A DNA stretch of 64,000 nt from Cryomorphaceae bacterium (GCA_003566715.1 PXCF01000139.1:18275-82274); one strand, 5' to 3'. Counted from the stretch's first letter, positions 47,647 through 57,381 are shown. The notes: generated from the letters alone by a model not told the origin. Translations and numbers: made by a program.

Positions 47647-48793
47647 TGGCCAAACGTATTCCGTTAAACTGCCAGCGGAGGTGGGGGTGAAAGAAGTTGC
47701 GATACGTAGGACGGGTATGACCAATAGCAGTGGCTATGGAGTGCCCCCTAAGTACCATTTGGTTGATCATAAACTTACCATTGTATTCTCCCACAATTCC
47801 TTTCCACGGCTTATATCCGGGATATGGTAAGTAAGCACTGTTGGTCCATTCCCATCGCAGACCGTAATGGAGTTTTGAAGCGGCAACTTCCCATTCGCTT
47901 TCGGAGGGCAAACGTTTGCCCGCCCATAGTGCAAAGGCCGATGCTTCGTAAAAAGATAGGTGGGTAACGGGTGCATCCAGGGGAATATCTTTCGTGCCGT
48001 TGAGGGTGAAAATTTTTGAGCAATCCTCACGCCAATACATAGGGGTAGTGATGTGTTCAGACTTTATCCAATGATATCCTTCCTGATGCCATAAAGAGGG
48101 CGTTTGGTAGCCTTTATCTTGAATAAATTCGAGATAGGCTCTATTGCTGACGAGGTTTGTGGCAATTTCAAATGGATGCAGATAGATTTTGTGTTGAGGC
48201 GCTTCATTGTCGAAGTGAAAATCATTTCCTCCATGGCCTATGATATAAATACCTTCGTCAAATGTTATCCAGTCATTGGTTGTGGTTATTTCATCTGTTT
48301 CTCCAAGATTATACAGCGGTGTTTCAATAAGGTTAAAAGACATGATTTGTTTTATGTCGCTATGCAACAATTCTTGATGCTGCTGTTCGTGATTAATACC
48401 GAGCAAAAGAACAAACTTGGCTTTATCACTTAGCGGTTTTTTTTGAATATAGTCGCATACCTTTTGGGTTATGTAGTATCGATATTCTAGTATGTCATCA
48501 ATCGTAGGTCGGCTCAAGAATCCGCGCATGTTTCTGTTGACTTTTTCCCCAGCGCCTTCGTAGTAGCTGTTGAATAATGTAAGATATATGTGATTGAAAG
48601 GCTGGTAGTCCTTGCAAAATTGAATGAGAAAAAAGTATTCGAAAAACCAAGTGCTGTGTGCCAAATGCCACTTAGGAGGACTCACATCCTCACTTGGTTG
48701 AAGCACGCTGTCTTCGGGTTTTAAGAAGGCGCAAATCTGTTCCGTTTGCTTTCTTGTAGCGGAGAATTGATTGATGATTGTGTTTATGGACAT
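47636..48793 (-). CDS. egtB: Ergothioneine biosynthesis sulfoxide synthase
   Basis: SPPKWHLAH.TWFFE, FNSYYE, HEQQHQELL iron ligands, FGE-like domain, GEYNGKFM, YRNFF.P..RWQF. Confidence 0.93.
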   Translation of the reverse strand: MSINTIINQFSATRKQTEQICAFLKPEDSVLQPSEDVSPPKWHLAHSTWFFEYFFLIQFCKDYQPFNHIYLTLFNSYYEGAGEKVNRNMRGFLSRPTIDDILEYRYYITQKVCDYIQKKPLSDKAKFVLLLGINHEQQHQELLHSDIKQIMSFNLIETPLYNLGETDEITTTNDWITFDEGIYIIGHGGNDFHFDNEAPQHKIYLHPFEIATNLVSNRAYLEFIQDKGYQTPSLWHQEGYHWIKSEHITTPMYWREDCSKIFTLNGTKDIPLDAPVTHLSFYEASAFALWAGKRLPSESEWEVAASKLHYGLRWEWTNSAYLPYPGYKPWKGIVGEYNGKFMINQMVLRGHSIATAIGHTRPTYRNFFHPHLRWQFNGIRLANDK

Positions 48794-49073
48794 AGTTTTT
48801 TAACGAGGCTCAAATTAAAAAAGTTTACAAGGATAAAGGTATGAACCGAATGGCGAATGCCGCGCGATTGTTTATTTCTTGTGGAAAATTACCGCCATTC
48901 TTGTATTTGCGAGGGTTTAAACATTCGTATATTAGCGTACGATACTTTGATATGTGAATGCATTGAATATATGAAGGAGGTTGGTCGTTCAACAAGACAC
49001 ATTCTGGTAAAGGGTTTTGTTGGTTTATAAATAGAAAACATCAGACTATCAGTTGAGTAAAAGCCCTTAAGAA

Positions 49074-50924
49074 ATGGCAGAGCAAACAAACTATACCGAA
49101 GACAATATTCGGTCGTTGGATTGGAAAGAACATATTCGCCTTCGTCCAGGTATGTATATTGGGAAACTCGGAGACGGAAGTTCTCCGGATGACGGAATAT
49201 ATATTCTTATCAAAGAGGTGCTGGATAACAGCATCGATGAATTTGTAATGGGGACGGGAAAGACCATCGAAGTTAAGGTGTCGGAAGACGAAGTGAGCAT
49301 TCGCGACTATGGTAGAGGTATTCCTTTGGGAAAAGTTATTGATTGTGTGAGCAAAATCAATACCGGTGCCAAGTACGATTCCCAAGCATTTAAAAAATCG
49401 GTAGGTCTCAACGGAGTTGGTACCAAAGCTGTGAACGCGCTTTCAGATTATTTCAAAATCCAAAGTACGCGCGACGGAAAGACTAAGGTAGCGGTATTTG
49501 AAAAAGGAAACTTAAAAGAAGATGCGCCGGTGGTAGATAGTTCTGCCAGAAGAGGAACCTATGTTGTGTTTCGTCCCGACGTCAGCATTTTCCCTAAATT
49601 CCGCTTTGTCCCTGAGTACATCGAGCGGATGATTCGCAATTATTCCTATCTTAATCCGGGTTTAACGATTGTGTTCAACGGAGAAAAATACTTTTCGGAG
49701 AATGGACTCAAGGATTTATTGGAGGAAAACTTAGATACGGCCGTTCTGCACCCCGTAGTTCACCTACGAGGAGAGGACATTGAACTGGCGATAACGCATA
49801 GTGAAAAGTCCCAGTCGGAGACTTATTATAGTTTTGTCAACGGACAGCATACCACGCAAGGAGGAACGCATCAAGCAGCATTGAGAGAAGCTTTAGTAAA
49901 AACCATGCGCGAGCATTACAACAAGCAATTCGACCCCTCAGATGTACGCCAGTCTGTCGTCGCAGCCATCTCCATCAAGGTCATCGAGCCTGTGTTTGAG
50001 TCGCAAACTAAAACCAAGCTGGGTTCCAACGATATGGGGCCAGATTTGCCCACCGTGCGAACCTACGTGATTGATTTTGTAAAAACACATCTCGATAACT
50101 ATCTACACAAAAACCCCGACGTGGCCGAGGCCATACTTAAAAAAATTCAGCGGGCCGAAAGAGAGCGGAAGGACTTGGCTGGTATCAGAAAGTTGGCCAG
50201 AGAACGTGCCAAAAAAGTAAGCTTACACAATAAGAAGTTGCGCGATTGTCGTGTGCATTACACCGATTTAAAAAATGAACGCCGACAAGAGACGACTTTG
50301 TTTATTACCGAAGGAGATTCGGCCAGTGGATCCATCACCAAGGCGAGAGATGTAAACACGCAAGCCGTATTTAGTTTAAAAGGTAAGCCCCTCAATTGTT
50401 ACAATCTCACTAAAAAAGTGGTGTACGAAAATGAGGAGTTTAACTTACTGCAAGCCGCGTTAGACATAGAAGAAGGCTTGGAAAACCTCAGATACAATCA
50501 AGTGGTGATTGCCACCGATGCCGATGTTGATGGCATGCACATTCGCTTATTGTTAATTACCTTTTTCTTGCAGTTTTTTCCCGAACTTGTTCGAGAAGGA
50601 CATTTGTACATCTTGCAAACACCATTATTTAGAGTGCGTAATAAAAAGGAAACCATTTATTGTTACTCAGAAGAAGAGCGACGCAATGCCATGCAGAAGT
50701 TGGGCGGTAAACCTGAAATTACGCGATTTAAAGGCTTGGGAGAAATTTCACCCGATGAATTTAAGTATTTTATTAGCTCGGATATCCGTTTGGACCCGGT
50801 TATGATTGGTAGAGACGGGCAAGTCGATAAGTTGCTGGAATTTTACATGGGAAAAAATACCCCCAAACGCCAAGAGTTTATCATTGAAAATTTGAGGGTT
50901 GAGAAGGATGAGCTCGTAAGTTAA
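49074..50924 (+). CDS. parE: DNA topoisomerase IV subunit B
   Basis: [65 protein letters not shown]; 616 aa, Bacteroidota ParE type. Confidence 0.92.
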   Translation: MAEQTNYTEDNIRSLDWKEHIRLRPGMYIGKLGDGSSPDDGIYILIKEVLDNSIDEFVMGTGKTIEVKVSEDEVSIRDYGRGIPLGKVIDCVSKINTGAKYDSQAFKKSVGLNGVGTKAVNALSDYFKIQSTRDGKTKVAVFEKGNLKEDAPVVDSSARRGTYVVFRPDVSIFPKFRFVPEYIERMIRNYSYLNPGLTIVFNGEKYFSENGLKDLLEENLDTAVLHPVVHLRGEDIELAITHSEKSQSETYYSFVNGQHTTQGGTHQAALREALVKTMREHYNKQFDPSDVRQSVVAAISIKVIEPVFESQTKTKLGSNDMGPDLPTVRTYVIDFVKTHLDNYLHKNPDVAEAILKKIQRAERERKDLAGIRKLARERAKKVSLHNKKLRDCRVHYTDLKNERRQETTLFITEGDSASGSITKARDVNTQAVFSLKGKPLNCYNLTKKVVYENEEFNLLQAALDIEEGLENLRYNQVVIATDADVDGMHIRLLLITFFLQFFPELVREGHLYILQTPLFRVRNKKETIYCYSEEERRNAMQKLGGKPEITRFKGLGEISPDEFKYFISSDIRLDPVMIGRDGQVDKLLEFYMGKNTPKRQEFIIENLRVEKDELVS

Positions 50925-51048
50925 AGAAACCGTTTTATGTTGGCATTCGATTATTTTTGATATCTATCGATTAATAATTGTCCTGCCACTTTAAATCAGA
51001 TATTTTGACGTTAGTTAATAAATTTGTTGTGCGGAAAAAAGATTTAAC

Positions 51049-51056
51049 TATATTTG
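51049..51056 (+). promoter_or_regulatory. -7 promoter box (TATATTTG)
   Basis: TAnnTTTG consensus upstream of 51092. Confidence 0.55.
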
Positions 51057-51091
51057 CTCATTGGAATGGTTGCATTGAATTGCATATATAA

Positions 51092-51529
51092 ATGAACCAA
51101 ATGTCACGAACTAACTACTATAAATTCATAACACTCACAGTATTTGTTATGACTTTTGTATTTTCATCGCAAGTCAGCGCTCAGATTAGCAGCGGTAATC
51201 CGCTACCCGAAAAGAGTATCGTTGACTGTAATTTGTACATCCCCAACGCTTTTACGCCTAATAATGACGGAAACAATGATAAGTGGGGTGTACGTGTTAA
51301 CCCCGGTTGTGAAGTAGTAGAATTCACTTTGAGAATTGTTGACCGCTGGGGAAGAAAGGTTTTTGAAGAGGTCGAACATGATGAACCTTTTTGGTGGGAC
51401 GGTACCTTTGATGGCACCAATCTCAATTCTGGTGTTTACTTCTACCAAATAACGGCTAGGTTTAATCCGCCTGGTGGTGGAGATACCCAGTTGATCAATC
51501 GACAAGGATCAATCACACTTATCAGATAA
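51092..51529 (+). CDS. Small protein made of a signal peptide plus a T9SS type B (gliding motility-associated) C-terminal domain
   Basis: LYIPNAFTPNNDGNND, I.DRWG.KVFE, WDGT, GVYFY.I, G.ITLIR. Confidence 0.88.
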   Translation: MNQMSRTNYYKFITLTVFVMTFVFSSQVSAQISSGNPLPEKSIVDCNLYIPNAFTPNNDGNNDKWGVRVNPGCEVVEFTLRIVDRWGRKVFEEVEHDEPFWWDGTFDGTNLNSGVYFYQITARFNPPGGGDTQLINRQGSITLIR

Positions 51530-51533
51530 ATTT

Positions 51534-51562
51534 AAACACCGCTTTTTGCGGTGTTTTTTTTT
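51534..51562 (+). terminator. Rho-independent terminator
   Basis: AAACACCGC-TTTTT-GCGGTGTTT followed by a T-run. Confidence 0.8.
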
Positions 51563-51735
51563 GCACCTTACTTAATTACTAGGTAAGGGAGGGCGAAGCA
51601 GCGACAGAATAAAGGAAGAGCAGATCTAACGAGTGGGTAATAAATGAAAGTTGCCAGATTAAAAGGGAGGAAGAAAAAAGAAAGCATCGGTAATTAAGGA
51701 GGCCAATCTCTCTCAGTTTACTATACTGCTCTAAT

Positions 51736-51751
51736 GATGATATATATCATC
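51736..51751. promoter_or_regulatory. Perfect 16-bp palindrome, FNR/CRP-family-like site, upstream of the CBS gene
   Basis: GATGAT-ATAT-ATCATC, with a near-consensus -7 box GACATTTG at 51773-51780. Confidence 0.6.
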
Positions 51752-51853
51752 TAATCTGTTTCACGTTATGCCGACATTTGCATAATCAAATCATTCATAG
51801 CTGCTTTTTTCTATATTATAGGAAAAAGTCAAAACACAAAAAAAATAGCAAAA

Positions 51854-52270
51854 ATGAAAAAGCGAGAATCAATTTCTACCATAATGACAGACTCATTGGT
51901 AACAGTTAATCTCAACGATGACTTGAGAAAAGTAAAGGACATCTTTGCCAAAGGTAAATTTCGTCACTTACCGGTGATGGACGGAGAAAAGCTGGTGGGT
52001 ATGGTTAGTAAAAACGATATCATGCGATTGAGCTTTGGTCAGGTTTTCGATAACCAAGGCGACGCAGATGAAGCTGTTTTGGATATGTTGAGCATTGATC
52101 AAATCATGACGCACAACATTACATCCATTGATGTAAATGCCACCGTAAAAGATGCAGCCGAGATATTTGTCTCGAGTAAGTTTCACTCTCTGCCAGTTAT
52201 GCAAGATGGAAAAGTGGTCGGTATTGTTACCAGTACTGACATTATTAAATACATGCTCGATCAGTACTAA
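51854..52270 (+). CDS. Tandem CBS domain protein
   Basis: IMT..L.TV, FRHLPV...KLVGMVS..D and FHSLPV...VGIVTSTD. Confidence 0.92.
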   Translation: MKKRESISTIMTDSLVTVNLNDDLRKVKDIFAKGKFRHLPVMDGEKLVGMVSKNDIMRLSFGQVFDNQGDADEAVLDMLSIDQIMTHNITSIDVNATVKDAAEIFVSSKFHSLPVMQDGKVVGIVTSTDIIKYMLDQY

Positions 52271-52307
52271 AAAAAAAATGGCCGTCTGAAAGACGGCCAT
52301 TTTTTTT
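52269..52307. terminator. Bidirectional Rho-independent terminator
   Basis: A-run, ATGGCCGTCT-GAA-AGACGGCCAT, T-run, between convergent genes. Confidence 0.88.
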
Positions 52308-52320
52308 AGATAAATTCTTA

Positions 52321-53322
52321 TTAGTTCAAATCCGGTAGTATCACATTATCGATGATGTGAATGGTACCATTTGTACCGGTGATATCAACAGTAGTAACTG
52401 TTGCCGTACGGTTTTCAGTGTCGGTCAATTCAACATTTCCATTTTGAATAGCTACAGTGAAATCTTGTCCGGCAGCTGTGGTAACCGAACCAGCTTGTAC
52501 ATCTGAAGAACGTACGTCTGCAGGTACGATGTGGTAAGCCAATACGGTGAATAAACCGTCAGTACCTACAGTTGCAACAACATCGTTTAAGTCTGCTGCG
52601 CCCAAATCACTAACCAATTGGTCGAAACCAGCGTTTGAAGGTGCAAATAGTGTGATGAAAGATGTTTCATCGTCCAAAATACTACCAGGATTGTTATCGG
52701 CAACGCTTACTGCTGTTACCAATGCATCAAAGTCATTGTTAGGACCAACAAGACCCAAGATGGTTTGTGGTAAAATAACCGCGTCGATTACGTGAATTAC
52801 CCCGTTGCTGGCTTCAATGTCAGTAGTTACTACATTTGAGCTGCCGTTAATGCTAACACCTCCAGAAGTACTGATGTACATTGACAAGTTGTTGTCATTG
52901 TCGTTGGTTGCCAAAGAACTTACGTAACCAGTAGTTACATCCGATGCCATAACTTTGGTTCCCAATACGTGATATAATAGTACATTGGCCAAACCTTCTG
53001 TTCCCAATGCAGCCTCAAGAGCGTCAAGATCGCTCAAGCCTAAATCGCCTAGCAAACTTGTAAAGGCATCATTGGTAGGCGCAAATACAGTTAAGTTGGC
53101 GTTGGCGTCAGATACTGCGTCTACCAAATTTGCTCTGGTTAATGCGTCAACTAAAATGCTGAAATCTTCATTACCTGCTGCTACGTCAGCAATGGTTTCT
53201 GCTCCGTTACCGTTACCGTTGCCATTTCCGTTTCCATTGTCGTCGTCGTCACTACAAGCTGTAAAGAAACCTGTTCCAGCGATCGCTGCGACTAAAAACA
53301 TGCGATTGAATACTTTTTTCAT
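52321..53322 (-). CDS. Fasciclin (FAS1) domain lipoprotein, two domains
   Basis: FTAC lipobox followed by SDDDD; TVFAPTNDAF / TLFAPSNAGF, LLYHV / LAYHI, DI.ASNGVIH.ID.VI. Confidence 0.92.
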   Translation of the reverse strand: MKKVFNRMFLVAAIAGTGFFTACSDDDDNGNGNGNGNGNGAETIADVAAGNEDFSILVDALTRANLVDAVSDANANLTVFAPTNDAFTSLLGDLGLSDLDALEAALGTEGLANVLLYHVLGTKVMASDVTTGYVSSLATNDNDNNLSMYISTSGGVSINGSSNVVTTDIEASNGVIHVIDAVILPQTILGLVGPNNDFDALVTAVSVADNNPGSILDDETSFITLFAPSNAGFDQLVSDLGAADLNDVVATVGTDGLFTVLAYHIVPADVRSSDVQAGSVTTAAGQDFTVAIQNGNVELTDTENRTATVTTVDITGTNGTIHIIDNVILPDLN

Positions 53323-53353
53323 GGTGAGTTTATTTTTTGAATTAGAAACAGAT

Positions 53354-53379
53354 AACGCCAGTAGTTTTCTTTTTGTTTA
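53354..53379 (-). promoter_or_regulatory. Candidate ECF-sigma promoter for the fasciclin gene
   Basis: Minus strand reads TAAAC-N17-CGTT about 30 nt before the ATG. Confidence 0.4.
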
Positions 53380-53499
53380 ACGAATGGTGAAAAATGTTCC
53401 ACGTATAATTTGTTTAATGAATAAATAATTGGGGTTAAGTATTTGTAATTTAGGTTTTTGTTGTGGTGTTCTCGTGATGTTAAACTAAACAAAAAAACA

Positions 53500-54834
53500 T
53501 CAATACATCAAAGTGACAACATAAACCAAGCTCGCCACGATCATCATAAGGAAGGTGTAGGGAAGTACCTGATGTGCCTTTAATCCCGTAATAGCCAGAA
53601 GAGGTAATGCCCAAAAAGGCTGCAGCATGTTTGTCAACTGGTCACCGTATGCCATTGCCATAATGCCCTTGGAAATAGGCAAGTTGATGGATTCACATAT
53701 AGACAAAATCAGGGGTCCTTGAACGGCCCATTGACCGCCTCCACTGGGTACAAAAAAGTTAACCAAACCGGCACTGCCCATAATTAAAAATGGCATGCTG
53801 CTTTCAGAGCCGGCTGTAACAAACCACTGGGTGAAGGTTTCAATTAATCCGCCGTGTTTGAGAATACCCATTACGCCAAAATAAAATGGAAACTGAATAA
53901 TGATGGCAGCAGCGCCTTCCATTCCGGCCTTAACCGACTTAAAAAAATTATTGAGGCTGCCATATACCATTAATGCAAATCCCAAGAACAAACCATTGAG
54001 GGCATTGGGGCCAAATGTGTCTTTGTCCAAACTCAATGTCAACATTGTCGTTATCATTAATGCACCGCCAATGAATAGAGCAGGCCACTTTGAATGCTCA
54101 AAGCGTTCTGCCCCTATGGGCTTACTTTCATCGTGTGTTGTGTTGGTATAGGGTGTAAGTTCGTCTATGGCTTTGTTTCTCTTACGGAAAAGAAGCAGAA
54201 CTAAGGGCGCTAAAATCAATAGAAAGACAAAACTGAAAATGTTTTGTGTTGAAAGTATGGTTTCACTTATAGAGAGTGTTTCCGGAAGAGAAGCAATGCT
54301 GTGGTCACTTAATTCCCGAAGGTGGTTTTTCTCTGCCGCCTTCAACGGAGCAGAACCCGATAATCCGCTGTGCCACGTCAACATACCTGAGTATCCGGAT
54401 GCACCTAAGAGTGGAAAGTAGAAGGGTATGTTTCTTTTTTGAAAATTTTCTGCTGTTTTGCGCGCCATCACGGCACCAAACAAGAGACCCAAGCCCCAGT
54501 TAAGCCAGCCAAGGCACATGCTGCTGACCGTTAGTAATACAATGGCTTGTGTTTGGTTATTCACCATATCGATGAGACGATTGATGATTTTACTTACCGG
54601 CGGACTTACGGCCACACTGTAGCCCAAAATCAAGATAAGCGCCATTTGTATGGTAAATACCATCATGGCAGGATCCCAAAAACCCTTTTGCCAATGAAGT
54701 CCTATATCAACAGGCGATTGTTTCTCAACAATAAGAGAAAGGATGGCCGCTATAAAGGTTATAATAACGGCCAACCCAAATGGTCCGGGCAATATTGCTC
54801 GGAACAAACGCTCAATATGACGGGAAAGACCCAT
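53500..54834 (-). CDS. Short-chain fatty acid transporter (AtoE family)
   Basis: F.IQMALIL.LG, NWGLGL..GA, WHSGLSGSAPL, QFPFYFG, NFFVPSGGGQW, AYGDQLTNMLQPFWALP. Confidence 0.92.
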   Translation of the reverse strand: MGLSRHIERLFRAILPGPFGLAVIITFIAAILSLIVEKQSPVDIGLHWQKGFWDPAMMVFTIQMALILILGYSVAVSPPVSKIINRLIDMVNNQTQAIVLLTVSSMCLGWLNWGLGLLFGAVMARKTAENFQKRNIPFYFPLLGASGYSGMLTWHSGLSGSAPLKAAEKNHLRELSDHSIASLPETLSISETILSTQNIFSFVFLLILAPLVLLLFRKRNKAIDELTPYTNTTHDESKPIGAERFEHSKWPALFIGGALMITTMLTLSLDKDTFGPNALNGLFLGFALMVYGSLNNFFKSVKAGMEGAAAIIIQFPFYFGVMGILKHGGLIETFTQWFVTAGSESSMPFLIMGSAGLVNFFVPSGGGQWAVQGPLILSICESINLPISKGIMAMAYGDQLTNMLQPFWALPLLAITGLKAHQVLPYTFLMMIVASLVYVVTLMY

Positions 54835-54840
54835 CCGTTT

Positions 54841-55224
54841 TTAGAACGGCAAATCGTCGTCACTGCCGCTGTCGGCAGACGACTCCAAAGGAGGTAAATT
54901 TGATGGTGGCGCGCTTGTTTCTGCATGCGAAGGTTGCTGTGGGGCTTCGCTTTGCATTGGTTCAATGCGCCAACCGTGAATGGAGTTAAAGTATTTTACC
55001 TGTCCATCGGGAGCTGTCCACTCTCTTCCGCGTAAATTGATGGAAATCTTCACGTCTTGACCTTCTTGAAAATTGTTCAATAGGTCACATTTATCTTGTA
55101 CAAATTCGATGAGGATGTGTTGTGGATATTGTTCCTGGGTGGTAATCACACATTCTTTTTTTCGAAACGATGCCGTTACTTGTTTTTCGGGGTATAGCTC
55201 TTTGATTCTTCCGGTAACTTCCAT
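54841..55224 (-). CDS. DUF3127 domain protein
   Basis: F.K.E.VI.T.EQYPQ, INLRGREW, YFNSI.GWRI, C-terminal DDDLPF. Confidence 0.9.
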   Translation of the reverse strand: MEVTGRIKELYPEKQVTASFRKKECVITTQEQYPQHILIEFVQDKCDLLNNFQEGQDVKISINLRGREWTAPDGQVKYFNSIHGWRIEPMQSEAPQQPSHAETSAPPSNLPPLESSADSGSDDDLPF

Positions 55225-55254
55225 AGTTGATGTTTGATTTATAATGATTAAACG

Positions 55255-56154
55255 TTATTTTTGAATGTTGTCGCTCAAAAGAACTTTCCAGGCTTTTTCA
55301 ACTTTTCCTTTGGCCAATAATTCTTTTGCGTAATGGTGAAGCAGTTCGCGGGCTTCCATACCATCGCTGCTGTCGTTAAAGATGGACTGCACACGTGGGT
55401 GATCTAAAACTGTTCTAATGTCTTCATCAGCGGGTAACTGTTCAACGTTACCCAGCATACCTAAATCATTGCCGTCAAAGACGTACGAATTTCTGATGCG
55501 AGGAGGAATGTTGTCTACACCAATACCTTTGTTGCGCAATGGCTTTTCTACTTCAAAAAGTGCGTCACCGTAGGCACGCGCATACCAGTTTCCGCCAAGT
55601 CGAGCAACGAGATCAATTTTGTGCTGGTCAATTTTTCCATCTGCATTGAGTATGTCTTTGCTGATATGCATGTGAATGACTTCACAGATAACCAAATTTC
55701 CGGCACCTCCTTCTTCCCCCAAAGGCACGATGTCTTTTACTTTACACTCCATTTGTACGGGAGATTCCTTTACGCGAGGGGGAGTCACACCCAGAGAGGG
55801 TTCCTCGGTTAAGCCGGCCTTTTTAAACTCGTTGATGCCGGTGTCGTACTCGGTGCTGGAAAGTGAACATTGCTGAACCAATGCGTGGTTGACAATATTG
55901 ATGACCACTTCTTTGGTGGCTTCGCAATTTGTTAAAGTGTCTTTTACTGTATTGTTTCTCACGCGTCTTGCCGGAGAAAAAATCAATATGGGTGGATTGC
56001 TGCTGAATACATTAAAAAAACTAAACGGGCTTAAATTGGGGTTTCCATCTCTGTCTACCGTGCTTGCAAATGCGATGGGGCGTGGGCCAATAGCTGCTTG
56101 TAGGTAAGCCTGTCTTTCCTGGGGGCTTAATTCAGATAACTTCAGTGATATCAT
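55255..56154 (-). CDS. Flavin reductase family protein
   Basis: PRPIAFAST, NLSPFSFFN, KDTL.N, PPRVKESPV..EC, LVARLGG.WY. Confidence 0.9.
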   Translation of the reverse strand: MISLKLSELSPQERQAYLQAAIGPRPIAFASTVDRDGNPNLSPFSFFNVFSSNPPILIFSPARRVRNNTVKDTLTNCEATKEVVINIVNHALVQQCSLSSTEYDTGINEFKKAGLTEEPSLGVTPPRVKESPVQMECKVKDIVPLGEEGGAGNLVICEVIHMHISKDILNADGKIDQHKIDLVARLGGNWYARAYGDALFEVEKPLRNKGIGVDNIPPRIRNSYVFDGNDLGMLGNVEQLPADEDIRTVLDHPRVQSIFNDSSDGMEARELLHHYAKELLAKGKVEKAWKVLLSDNIQK

Positions 56155-57251
56155 GCGTTTTTATGTGTTTTAATGAATGCTAATATTTCACGGTTATTGG
56201 CCATTTTCATGTAGCCACCGTTCTTTTCAATTTCTCTAAACAGATTCCAGGCTTCGGTCGCCATGTCTAGGGTTTGTATTTCAAAGAAATGACTACCCGC
56301 AGCCGGGTCGATGTTGGCATCAATATGTGCTTCGTACTGAAGGATCAGCTGAATGTTGCGAGCTATTCTCAAGCCAAAAGGGTCATAGGCTTTTGTGTGT
56401 GTGTTGTGTGGTTCAATGCACAGAGCATTTGCTCCACCAACCAGTGCGCCCATAGCTTCAGCTGTGTTTTTTATCATGTTTTGATACTCGTCCTCCGTTG
56501 ATTTGTTGTCTAATCTGCTTTTAACAAAAATATCGGGATGAGTGGGTTCCAGATTGCAGGTTTCCATAAGGAAGTGGTGCATTTGGCGGAGAGCACGTAT
56601 CTGAATAATGTCTAAGAAATAGTGACCAACAGTGGGGAGCGCATACCACAGTTCTTCAACTGGTTTGCCATTTTGAATGAGTTCATGGACTTGCGCAATG
56701 GCCAGTGCCAATCGAGCGGCCGGACGAATATCTTCGTGCTCCAACACATTTATAGAGCCCGACCGACAACCCGATCGTTCATGGCCATGCAAAAATCCTC
56801 GACAATCGTAAAAAACCGATGGGTTTTTGTCGGGATAGGCTTCAGCGATGTAAGTCTCCAAACTATCACAAACGGATTGGTTACTTGTAACGACATACAG
56901 TGTGATGTAGTCTAAAATAATATCATTCAATAACGTACGCCAATTAACTTTAGAAGAAGGTGTTAGAAACACGCCGTTTGCGCCGCCTTCTAGAGCTTTA
57001 ATAATGCGTTTGTTGTCTTCCTTTTCGTTGGTGATGTTTCCTTGAGGATGTACGAGTATGTGGGTGCGCTTTTCAGAAGGCAATGGTGCCTCATGCGCAT
57101 GGACTACTTGCAAGGGGTGGATGGGGGTGTTTTGAAAAACCTTTGTGGTTAATTCTTCCAAGCTTTCCACACCTGTTTCACGTTTGATTTTCTCCAACCA
57201 TTGTGCCTTGGTTAGTGAGGTAAATTCTGAAAAATCTAGTGATTTACTCAT
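56151..57251 (-). CDS. Methylmalonyl-CoA mutase small-subunit-like protein
   Basis: F.EF......W...I start, N.I..T.EAM.A..GG, RIARNIQLIL..E, DPAAGS.F.E, W..F.EIE..GG. Confidence 0.8.
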   Translation of the reverse strand: MSKSLDFSEFTSLTKAQWLEKIKRETGVESLEELTTKVFQNTPIHPLQVVHAHEAPLPSEKRTHILVHPQGNITNEKEDNKRIIKALEGGANGVFLTPSSKVNWRTLLNDIILDYITLYVVTSNQSVCDSLETYIAEAYPDKNPSVFYDCRGFLHGHERSGCRSGSINVLEHEDIRPAARLALAIAQVHELIQNGKPVEELWYALPTVGHYFLDIIQIRALRQMHHFLMETCNLEPTHPDIFVKSRLDNKSTEDEYQNMIKNTAEAMGALVGGANALCIEPHNTHTKAYDPFGLRIARNIQLILQYEAHIDANIDPAAGSHFFEIQTLDMATEAWNLFREIEKNGGYMKMANNREILAFIKTHKNA

Positions 57252-57381
57252 GCGTTTTTTTCTCCTTTCTATGACCTACAAAACTAAGATACAAAGTTGA
57301 AGTGGCAGGGTGTTTAAATGGATTTTTGGCGGTTACTTTTATTAATAAACACTAACCGTGGTCTCTGCACAAGCCCGACAC

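Noticed and set aside
47636..48793. egtB as selenoneine synthase SenA or ovothiol synthase OvoA
   Set aside because: There are no senB or selD neighbours, no fused C-terminal methyltransferase, and it is paired with egtD.
49074..50924. gyrB call
   Set aside because: Length and motifs ([25 protein letters not shown]) fit Bacteroidota ParE better.
51580..51705. Purine-rich tract upstream of the CBS gene as a small ORF or ncRNA
   Set aside because: No convincing ORF or structure; strand bias alone is not enough.
52281..52290. Exact Neisseria DNA uptake sequence GCCGTCTGAA
   Set aside because: I noticed only one copy in 64 kb, and it forms the stem and loop of a terminator in a Bacteroidota context, so it is probably coincidental.
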